DNA of 32,181 nucleotides from Nemertoderma westbladi (Eukaryota; Animalia; Xenacoelomorpha), in the NCBI GenBank assembly GCA_032718475.1, contig JAUCBJ010001081.1, forward strand, positions 1-32,181, in the 5' to 3' direction. Of this stretch, positions 1 to 9,800 are shown in pieces; the first letter of the stretch is position 1, and each line of letters opens with the position of its first letter. The notes beneath the pieces were generated by a model. It saw only the letters and a list, made by a program, of their open reading frames with translations. It did no database searches and had not been told where the DNA came from. The position numbers were made by a program, and so were the translations under genes.

Positions 1-180
1 GACTGAGCACCAACCGACACTGAGGGACCCGACGGGGCACCAACCGACACTGGGGGACCCGACTGAGCACTAACCGACACTGGGGGACCCGACTGAGCAC
101 CAACCGACACTGAGGGACCCGACTGAGCACCAACCGACACTGGGGGACCCGACAGAGCATCAACCGACAATGGGGGATCC
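1..180 (-). repeat. 30-bp tandem repeat, 6 visible copies, coding (SGPPVSVGAQ) within the CXC ORF
   Basis: Unit gactgagcaccaaccgacactg(a/g)gggaccc; no stops in the minus-strand frame of the 524 ORF. Confidence 0.95.
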
Positions 181-524
181 GACTGGCTAGGAACCGATAT
201 TAGAGGATGGGATTGGCTTACTTTGTCCCCATTTATGGTATCGTCTAAGTCTAACAGAGTGTCGTTGCCGGATATACCGAATGCGCTATCCGTTGGCTGA
301 GAAAGGGTCCCTAGCGCAGGCATCTGCAAGGCGTCTCTAGTTGGCTGGGGTTGTGAGCAGGAAAGTTGAGAGACCGCACTGGAGGACCGCGCTACTTGTC
401 CACCAGAGTTCGTACAGTTTCCCCACTTAGAAGGCGCGCAGTCTGTGCATTTTCTGCCCGTACGGGCGCACACGCACTTCAAACATCGGCCCGCTTTAGG
501 GTTGCAACCGCAACAGACCACCAT
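3..524 (-). CDS. N-terminal part of a CXC-like Cys-cluster protein running off the window; probable 5' end of a non-LTR retrotransposon ORF (CRE/RLE-type suspected)
   Basis: Hand translation from ATG at 524 (in-frame TAG at 545-543 upstream): MVVCCGCNPKAGRCLKCVCARTGRKCTDCAPSKWGNCTN..., open for 174 codons to the edge, ending in SGP(P/S)VSVGAQ repeats. Missing from the ORF track because there is no stop in the window. The retroelement assignment is inference. Confidence 0.6.
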   Translation of the reverse strand, partial: MVVCCGCNPKAGRCLKCVCARTGRKCTDCAPSKWGNCTNSGGQVARSSSAVSQLSCSQPQPTRDALQMPALGTLSQPTDSAFGISGNDTLLDLDDTINGDKVSQSHPLISVPSQSDPPLSVDALSGPPVSVGAQSGPSVSVGAQSGPPVSVSAQSGPPVSVGAPSGPSVSVGAQ

Positions 525-665
525 CGAAAGATTCAGTCGTCTCTACTATATACTATCCTTGTCCGCGACTGTTCTTTTAAACCGCAGCACTCACAAGGGG
601 CGGATCGCTTCCAATTATCGGCAAACTACAAAGGCTCAGTATAATCAGTACAGTATCCCACAGTT

Positions 666-2237
666 GTGGTCGTTATACTAAGGGTGTGTCTGGTCGTTGT
701 ACTAAGGGTGTGTCTGGTCGTTGTACTAAGGGTGTGTCTGGTCGATGTACTAAGGGTGTCTGGTCGTATGTACTAAGGGTGTGTCTGGTCGTTGTACCAA
801 GGGTGTGTCTGGTCGTTGTACTAAGGGTGTGTCTGGTCGTTGTACTAAGGGTGTGTATGGTTGTTGTACTAAGGGTGTGTCTGCTCGTACGTACTAAGGG
901 TGTGTCTGGTCGCTGTACTAAGGGTGTGTCTGGTCGTTGTACTAAGGGTGTGTCTGGTCGTTGTACTAAGGGTGTGTCTGGTCGTTGTACTAAGGGTGTC
1001 TGGTCGTATGTACTAAGGGTGTGCCTGGTCGTTGTACTAAGGGTGTGTCTGGTCGTTGTACTAAGGGTGTGTCTGGTCGTTGTACTAAGGGTGTGTCTGG
1101 TCGTTGTACTAAGGGTGTCTGGTCGTTGAACTAAGGGTGTGTCTGGTCGTTGTACTAAGGGTGTCTGGTCGTTGTACTAAGGGTGTGTCTGGTCGTTGTA
1201 CTAAGGGTGTGTATGGTTGTTGTACTAAGGGTGTGTCTGCTCGTACGTACTAAGGGTGTGTCTGGTCGTTGTACTAAGGGTGTGTCTGGTCGTTGTACTA
1301 AGGGTGTGTCTGGTCGTTGTACTAAGGGTAGTGTCTGGTCGTTGTACTAAGGGTGTCTGGTCGTTGAACTAAGGGTGTGTCTGGTCGTTGTACTAAGGGT
1401 GTGTCTGGTCGTTGTACTAAGGGTAGTGTCTGGTTGTACGTACTAAGGGTGTGTCTGCTCGTACGTACTAAGGGTGTGTCTGGTCGTTGTACTAAGGGTG
1501 TGTCTGGTCGTTGTACTAAGGGTGTGTCTGGTCGTTGTACTAAGGGTGTGTATGGTTGATGTACTAAGGGTGTGTCTGGTCGTTGTACTAAGGGTGTGTC
1601 TGCTCGTACGTACTAAGAGTGTGTCTGGTCGTTGTACTAAGGGTGTGTCTGCTCGTACGTACTAAGGGTGTGTCTGGTCGTTGTACTATGGGTGTGTCTG
1701 GTCGTTGTACTAAGGGTGTGTCTGCTCGTACGTACTAAGGGTGTGTCTGGTCGTTGTACTAAGGGTGTGTCTGGTCGTTGTACTAAGGGTGTGTCTGGTT
1801 GTTGTATTAAGGGTAGTGTCTGGTCGTATGTACTAAGGGTGTGCCTGGTCGTTGTACTAAGGGTGTGTCTGGTCGTTGTACTAAGGGTGTGTCTGGTTGT
1901 TGTATTAAGGGTAGTGTCTGGTCGTATGTACTAAGGGTGTGCCTGGTCGTTGTACTAAGGGTGTCTGGTCGTTGAACTAAGGGTAGTGTCTGGTCGTTGT
2001 ACTAAGGGTGTGTCTGCTCGTACGTACTAAGGGTGTGTCTGGTCGTTGTACTATGGGTGTGTCTGGTCGTTGTACTAAGGGTGTGTCTGGTCGTTGTACT
2101 AAGGGTGTATCTGGTCGTTGTACTAAGGGTGTGTCTGGTTGTTGTATTAAGGGTAGCTGGTCGTATGTACTAAGGGTGTGCCTGGTCGTTGTACTAAGGG
2201 TGTGTCTGGTCGTTGAACTAAGGGTGTGCCTAGGGTG
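666..2237. repeat. 24-bp minisatellite array, about 65 units
   Basis: Unit taagggtgtgtctggtcgttgtac with 22- and 25-bp variants; accounts for all SGRCTKGV / VCLVVVLR ORFs. Confidence 0.97.
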
Positions 2238-2693
2238 TGACAGTAAATTTAATAAATTAAGCATGTTATATACTTTAAGGTTTTAAATAAATGTTAATTT
2301 AATGTTGGATTTTATGTTGAGATGAAACCAAAATAAAGTTATGAGGTTGTCTACACTATATCTGCTGCGAAGCACACACACAGGCACACACATCGTACAA
2401 CGTACGGGTATATACAGATACACCCCCATATATATATCCGTGCGCCCGGGTAGATAATGCATGTACGTGGAAGACGTTATTATATAAAATGTGAAATGAA
2501 TGTCAAAAAATTATTACCATATTTACCCATATACTATGTGAGCATACCCTACACTGTTTTGTCTCTTATTTTGTTGTGCAATAAATCAAGGTCAACTAAC
2601 TACCGAATTGAGAGTTTGCGTGATTTGAATCACACAATCACCCAGTTGGAAGTGACATAAGGTTTGGTTTAGTTCTGTAAACAATTACTTTAC

Positions 2694-3845
2694 CTGTTTC
2701 GTTAGTTTCCTTAGAATGTCTGTCTCCTGACTCGCGAGGTCATCTAGATTCCTATAGCTCTCTTCTGGGGAGGATTGCCGGGATATGATAGCCTGGAGGA
2801 AGTCGAACATGTACTTACTGAGGAACTGGTAGGTGAGGTGGGAGTTCTCAGCCAACACATCAGCCGCCATATCGTAATACTCGTACTTACAGTAGAGAAG
2901 GAGCAGATTAGCAAAGGTTTCCGGGGGGAAGGGGTTCTGTTGCACTAAAAACTGAAGTTTCTTAAACCCATCAGAAGGATTTTCTTCCATATTCATGAGT
3001 GCTTGGTTGTGTAGACTAACTGGGTCCAGTTCCTCTTCGGATCGAGGTGGCATGTCCGTAAGGGCGTCCTTCGCAGACTTGAAATTCTTTAGTTGATACT
3101 CAATAGCGGCTTTTAGGTTAAAAGCTTCAATAAGTGCCGTCTCGTGGAGAACCAAGGTGTTACCAACACTGCGAACGTCCAGACCTTCGGTTGTCATGCC
3201 GACAGACAGCTCCGGGTGGTCGCGTATCCCCCTCTCTATAATGTCCCCGATGTGTTTGAGGGCAGAAACGTACTGCTTCATGGAGTAGTAAGTCAGTGCG
3301 ATGTTGTAGCCTAGGTAGGGTTGATAGCCCAACTTCTGACCCGCTAACTGGAACTTCTGACAGGCTTCGTTGAACTTGCCCTCTTTGTAAAGAATGCAAC
3401 CATCGTTCACCTCACTATCTGGGTCATCGGCAGCTGTTTGTTCCAACAGCGACTTACACGCGTGCAAATCGTCTTCGCCGTATTTAATAGCGGCTTGCAG
3501 TTTATTTACGTTGTTTTCAAACTTTGAATCCTCTATAGCCATGGTTATCTTCATCGCTTCGTCGTAGACACAGGCCTTGTAGAGAGACTGGGCGTAGTAG
3601 AGTTTATATTCCTGGTTTTCCGGACAGATAAATGTTAGCTGTTCGTAGCATTCTGCGGCGGCGACGAAATCCTGCGTATAGTAGTAGCAGTAGCCGAGGA
3701 GTGAGACGGCTGCTCGTGAGTCCGGGTTGCGTTGGAACTCTTGGTATAGAGCGTGGATAGCATCCGCTATCTTACCCTCCTTTATCCAGGTATAAATCGT
3801 CGTTGTAAACTCACCGTCTCGTATGTTTAACATAAACGGATCCAT
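2694..3845 (-). CDS. TTC30: Tetratricopeptide repeat protein 30 / IFT70 (fleer, DYF-1), first coding exon
   Basis: Motifs DGEFTTTIY, LLGYCYY, IIERGIRDHPELSVGMTTEG, VRSVGNTLVLHETALIEAFNLKAAIEY, DMPPRSEEELDPV, PFPPETFANLLLLYCKYEYYD. The ORF ends KLTKQ|VK* at CAG|GTAAAG, a likely splice donor (2694/2693); the C-terminal part was not found in the window. Confidence 0.93.
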
Positions 3846-4420
3846 TTCTGTACCGCTTGCAGATTAACTTGGGTATACGAGTTTCTCAATAGGCCGACTG
3901 CGACTATAGGCCTAGTATATTAATTAATTTTTTTAGTATTTTGATTATTTCGTTATGTTTCGCCGGTCCGGTAGGCGGTAGCGGTAGGCCAGTCCTTCAG
4001 TAAAAATGTTATTCTATGGCAAATATTTGATTTATGGTTTAACTAAGATCAAGTGTCAGGTTCAGACATTTCAGAATGCAATGATTGTCATGGCTTTAAT
4101 TTAAACTGTCATGGTAGTTCGCTACCGGTAGCAGTTAGGCCTACGTTGATTATCTGATATCTGTAGCAATGTAGCTTTACACAGTATTATTTTTGTGTTA
4201 CGCACGTTGCCAGGCAGTCCCTGTAGTTATGGGTACTGCATTAGCAGCTGATTTAGTTGTCCTTTCACAATGTACCCTGCACTTTGAGCTATTTCTCCTA
4301 TACAATAGGCCCTATACAATTTAGGGTATCTAATACTATCATATATATAATTATTGTGTCGATTGTTTTTGTCGATTGCCAAATCAGATCTGCCACCTAT
4401 ATTTTGGCGGTAAATTCACT

Positions 4421-4516
4421 CGGACCGAATTGTCCGGGACCGAATTGTCCGGGACCGAATTATCCGGGACCGAATTGTCCGGGACCGAATTGTCCGTGAC
4501 CGAATTGTCCGGTTCC
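4421..4516. repeat. 15-bp tandem repeat (ggaccgaattgtccg) x6 ending GGTTCC; probable end of a non-autonomous DNA transposon
   Basis: Seen directly; the same unit recurs in both orientations at 5186-5404. Confidence 0.8.
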
Positions 4517-4550
4517 TGATAGCAACTTTTTAGTGCTTTTTTGATATTGT

Positions 4551-5159
4551 TGAATGTTCTAGAACATTACTGTAGTAGAGATATTTTTTTATGGTGGCTA
4601 GTGTTATTTACTCGCTAGAATTTTTTAAATTTTAAAAATACTGTACTTTTTTAATTTTTGTTATTGGCAAGTGTTGAGAACATTATTTTATACATTATTT
4701 ATTAAGTTGTAGCTAGTCTTTTTTTTACTAGCTAGCATTTCACTTGAAATTATAAAAACACTTGGGGTGTGAAAACATTGATATTTCAGAATTAGGCCTA
4801 AACTGTTGCTGATTATATTAATTACCAAAAATATTGATGATATTATAACAGTCCCTGAATGAGATCAAGCTATTGCAGTATCTAAGATAATAATTTAGGC
4901 TTGTTAACCATCCAGCAACACATACAGTATAGGCCTACATACGCAATATATAAAAAACATCAGTTTTACTTATTTTAAATACATACTATTACTAGATAGT
5001 AAATAATTCACAAGCTCCATAAAAACACCATAATAGCTACCATAACTAATAATGTTATCAAAAAAAAGTAAAATTTCTTTTATTTTCAAAAAAATACTAG
5101 CTAGTAAAAAAAACACTAGCTACCATATAATAATATCTATTAAAGTTCTAGAACATTCA
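4551..5159. repeat. Imperfect ~100-bp inverted repeat arms (4551-4652 / 5060-5159) around an AT-rich spacer
   Basis: tgaatgttctagaac...atggtggctagtgtt...actttttt matches the reverse complement of aaaaaagta...aacactagctaccat...gttctagaacattca; partial third copy near 4709-4745. Confidence 0.7.
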
Positions 5160-5185
5160 CCATTATATAGTACAGTAGTACCAAT

Positions 5186-5404
5186 TAAATTTGGTCCCGG
5201 ACAATTCGATCCCGGATCCCAATTCGATCCCAATTCGAACCGAATTGTACTAGTCAGTATCCGGACAATTCGGTCCCGGACAATTCGGTCCCAAAACACA
5301 AAATTAATGGGACCGAATTGTCCGGGACCGAATTGTCCGGGACCGAATTGTCTGGGACCGAATTGTCCGGACCGAATTGTCCGGGACCGAATTGTCCTGC
5401 TTCC
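5186..5404. mobile_element. MITE/foldback-like palindromic element built from the 15-bp unit
   Basis: (ccggacaattcggtc) x2 at about 5260-5292 faces (ggaccgaattgtccg) x6 at 5310-5397 across a short spacer; degenerate copies at 5186-5247; no TSD identified. Confidence 0.55.
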
Positions 5405-5468
5405 GTTGGTAGCAATGGAAACCTGGCCATGCAAGGATTCCAAATATGTGACACTCTCTGAATTTTTC

Positions 5469-5528
5469 GTTTATATTACATATTATATAATATTGTTTTT
5501 ATTTATAACATTTGTACCTAGGCAATTA
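5469..5528. repeat. 60-bp direct repeat, copy 1 (candidate LINE target-site duplication)
   Basis: gtttatattacatattatataatattgtttttatttataacatttgtacctaggcaatta, identical to 18448-18507. Confidence 0.9.
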
Positions 5529-5958
5529 TTATTATTTATTATTAATATTGGCTTTTATTCCCGTATATGGATATATAAAGAGGAATATTATTAATGCACA
5601 TCAAGCAATTAAAGTAAAAAGAAATGTATATGATTATAAAATACGCTATGTAGATTAAGTTATATTACCGTGATCTATTAAAAATTTCAAAATATTAATT
5701 AAAATATGCATACTTTAAGAGCTGAAATCGAACCTATCATTAAGTACTATGATATTCAACAAGTTGGGACAGTTCATATAAGGCAGATATATAAAAACTA
5801 TATATATGGCAGGAAATGAGTTCATATAATGATGCAGATATTACAAAAATTAGAATTATACTAGTCAAATAAAAATTAAAACGGTATTTTCTAAAAAAAA
5901 AGATAATCAAAGTAAAACACGGTACTATGGCCGAAAAGATGTAATAACAATATTGTTA

Positions 5959-6242
5959 CTACAAATATTGTAAAGTTTCCGGCTTGTTCAAAAAACGCAG
6001 TGCAGTTGGTATAAAAGAGTTTCTATAATTGTGAGTACGACAGTAAGATATGGCAAAATTGTTCCTAGTTGAGGCATTTCTAGAGGTATGTGCTAACAAC
6101 GATTTATGCAACGGATGATCTTTTGAATCTATAATTTTGTCGACCATTTTCTTAAAAATACCTTTATAACAACCATTTACAATATCAAAAAGCATCTGTT
6201 TATTAACTTTTGAATGTTTGGCATATAGCGAAATCGGCCTAC
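5959..6242 (-). pseudogene. Displaced C-terminus of LINE ORF2
   Basis: Joining across the CTAC TSD gives KLRKKLR-RPISLYAKHSKVNKQ-MLFDIV... in frame with ORF 5959..6195. Confidence 0.92.
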
Positions 6243-6656
6243 TGTGATATTGTATTATGGGATGGTGTATTATTGGACTGATTAGTATGTATTGTATAGG
6301 TTAAGTAGGTATGATATAGTAGTATCTTGTTAGCACCTAGGGTGTGAACAGAACAGCTGGTTGTACGGTAGTTGTCAGGGATATAGTCCTGGGGGCAGGG
6401 CGCAGTCAGCAGTTATCATTCAGTTTAGTTATTGAGATGACTTACCGGTGTAGGGTTGTCAGTCATGTTTTGTAGGTAGTTCGTTATTAGTTTCATTGTC
6501 TGATTGTATCATATCATTATTTGTTATTCATGTATCTCAATACACAATATACTGATATACTGCAGCTAGTTTCACTTCAGTCTTCTCCAGCTCACCCCTC
6601 GAGCGGGATAGTGCGTGGCCGTGGATCCGGGACCGGGCGCCGATAGCGCTTCCACA
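6243..6656 (+). repeat. 5' LTR (414 bp)
   Basis: tgtgatattg...gcgcttccaca; no differences from 13161-13574 seen by eye. Confidence 0.97.
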
Positions 6657-6674
6657 TGGGGGCTTGTCCGGGAG
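6657..6674 (+). other. Primer-binding site, tRNA-Pro-like
   Basis: tgggggcttgtccgggag immediately after the LTR; 16/18 match to the canonical Pro PBS TGGGGGCTCGTCCGGGAT. Confidence 0.85.
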
Positions 6675-6843
6675 TAGAGAAACTGACAGTCTGACAGGCC
6701 TACCGCGCTACCCGCTACCGGCAACAGGTACTCTAACTCTGTCTGGCCTACGAGGCTATCGCTACCACAACCAACTACCGTACCCATCACTGTATCAGGC
6801 AGTCAGATTGTGGGTGGCGGGTCTCTGACGATTATTCCACTGT

Positions 6844-9800
6844 ATGCCTGCGCGTCGACCCGAGCGCAAACAAGCTGGAAACTTTCCCACGGGTAAGCCT
6901 TCCTATCGGCAGAAACTGCGTTCCGCTTCTGGTTCTCCTCATCCAGACAGCACAGACGAACATTCGTTCCTCTACAAGTCATCGGGAGCTGTTTCAAAGT
7001 TGCGTCGTGGTTCTCTCTCACCCTCGTTACACGGATCGCGACAGCAACGGGGATCCTTGAACCGATCAATTTCAGGGCCGCCGACTACTCGACAACGAGA
7101 TTCTTCAACGGCTGCTCCGCCGACTACTAGACGACGGGATTCTCTGACGGTTGCTCCGTCGACTACTCGACGACGAGATTCTCCAACGGTTGCTCCGCCG
7201 ACTACTCGACGACGGGATTCACCTACAGTTGCTCCGCCGACTACTCGACGACGAGATTCTCCAACAGTTGCTCCGCCGACTACTCGACGACGGGATTCTC
7301 CAACAGTTGCTCCGCCGACTACTCGACGACGAGATTCTCCAACGGTTGCTCCGTCGACTACTCGACGACGAGATTCTCCAACAGTTGCTCCGCCGACTAC
7401 TCGACGACGAGATCCGACTATGGAAAGCATCCGCAAGGAACCGGACTGCTTTGATGGTTCTGGTGATTTCGAGGCGTGGAACAGATCGGTGCAACGGATC
7501 GCCAGACTCAGGGGGTGGAAGAACGACGCTCTCGGTAAGATTGTGCCTGTTTATTTAACCGGTAGGACTGCACGTGTCCTTGATGAACTGGCTGAACATG
7601 AACAGGAAAACTATGATGCAATTCGTGATATTTTACGTGCCCGTTTTTGCCCCCAGGATACTAGTTTTGTGTACAATGAATTACTAGATCGTAAACAGAA
7701 GGTGGGGGAAACTATTTCTGAATTTTCCGATATTATAACTAGTTTAGGGGTACAAGCTTTTCCGGGAATGAGCACTGAGCAACGGGAACTTTTACTTTTG
7801 CCAATATTTTATAGAGGGATTTCCCCTGAATTAGCGAGAAGTATACGGTTAACAGAACCGCGCAATTTTGGGGAGGCAGTTCACCGTGCTAGGCGCGAGG
7901 AACTTTATTTAAGACAGGAAAATAATGGTATATTTGGCTGTGAATTGGGCGATCGTAGGGACCAGAGTAATAGGCCCAGGGAACCGCCTCCCAGTACCAG
8001 ACAAACTTCATACAGTAAGGTTAGTTTTTCAGAACAGTCCCCAAAACAGACTGATATGAGTTATCTAGAAAGACAACTGAAAGACTTACAACTGAAACTG
8101 TCCAATCAGACACCAAATACCAGTAGCTACCCACGCGCCAATTACAATAATAATTATAGCCGCGATAATCACGGTCGGGGACAGAATAACTGGTTTGACC
8201 CCAACGCAAGATGGACTGGTACTAGCGGTACGGGCAACTCACGGGACAGCAGTAACAGAGGGTTTACACCACGATCTAATAACTACAGTAGCAACAGTTC
8301 GGTTACTTGCTACAACTGTGGGGAACCGGGACATTATAGCCGAAATTGCACTAGACCACGTACGAATACCAACTCAAATCCTAACAGGCAATACTCTAAC
8401 CCGAATTACAACCCTAACCCTAATTTTAACCCTAATCCCAATCCTAACACAAACCGGGATTTAAATCCCAATCCAGCTCCAATGTACACAGCTGTAGTAT
8501 CCAATAAACTAGACATGCATTTTCCAGTAAGAATCGAAAACGAGGATGGTGAAGCATTTTTAGATAGTGGCTCACATTATTCCCTGATAGATTTTAGGAA
8601 ACTCCCATCCGGTGTGCAGTTGCGTGCCCTTGATTTACCACCTATTAGCGGTATAGGGGGACAGGTTAAACCTATGGGATTGGCTACTTTACAAATATCA
8701 GTTACAAGCAATTTTTCGGTTTCCCTCGAGGTCCACGTAGCAGACTTATCTTGTGTTGGGATTCCCCCGTTTCTGTTAGGGTTAGATTTCGTAAGTATTG
8801 CTTGTGCGTCCATAGATTTTCTAGACAGATGTTTGGTTCTAACCAACCAGGAAAGAGTGTACTTTGCCAGGTTAAACACGCCCAGCAACGCTGGTAACGG
8901 TAAGAGTACAAACCCTTTTTGTTGTTTTGTTTCTGCGATAGATAAGACTACGATCCCAGCAGGGACACAGGTGAGACTGGCAGGGAAATTGTATGATAAT
9001 GGATTATTAGCAGAGTCGGTAATGATAGAGCCGTTAGTAAAATCAAGGGGTTCGTATCTAACTGCGCGAAGTGTAGTTTCTAACCCATTGGACGGATCAG
9101 GTAAGGTCCCAGTGCAGTTATTAAATCCGAATAACTACCCGGTTACAATATATCGCAATCAGAAAATTGCATTATATTGTACAGTAGATAATGATAGCTT
9201 CAATAAAGAAGTTAAACAAGACTCGGTAGAGCGCGACATACAAAGGGAGTATCTAGCTAAGGAATTACCGTTAGATCATTTGGAGCCTCAGCAGAGGACC
9301 CAGTTAATAGATATTGCTACTCAACATGCTGCGGCGTTTTCCTTGGGAGATTGCGATATAGGTAAGACTGACCTATTAGAACATAGAATCCCACTTAAAC
9401 CAGAGGCTAAGCCCTTTTACACGAGACCACGTACAGTACCTATGGGGCTTAGGAAAGAGATTGACAAACAGGTAGGCAATATGTTAGCCGCAGGTGTTAT
9501 TCAACCTAGCAACAGTGAGTGGGGGGCACCAATAATATTAAGTAAAAAAAAAGATGGTAAGTGGCGGTTTTGCGTTGATCTTCGCCGTCTTAACGCTGCG
9601 GCTGTGCCACAATTTTGGCCTTTGCCGCGCATAGACGAAATGTTGTCGGAAATTGGCACAGCACGGCCCAAATATTTTACGACACTCGATTTTAAATCGA
9701 TGTTTTGGCAGGTACCCTTAGCCGCTGAAGATACACATAAAACCGCTTTCGTAACACATAGTGGCCATTACGAATTTGTTAGAATGCCCTTTGGCCTCCA

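Noticed and set aside
366-681. Plus-strand ORFs of 92 and 78 aa
   Set aside because: Non-ATG starts, antisense to the more convincing CXC ORF
666-2237. CRISPR array or true telomere
   Set aside because: No unique spacers, no cas genes, eukaryotic context; the unit is 24 bp rather than a short telomeric repeat and is internal
686-2286. ORFs with SGRCTKGV / VCLVVVLR / QRPDTPLV repeats
   Set aside because: Translations of the 24-bp satellite; 22- and 25-bp variants break the frame repeatedly
4257-5594. GPNCP / GPGQF repeat ORFs
   Set aside because: Translations of the 15-bp non-coding repeat joined to AT-rich sequence
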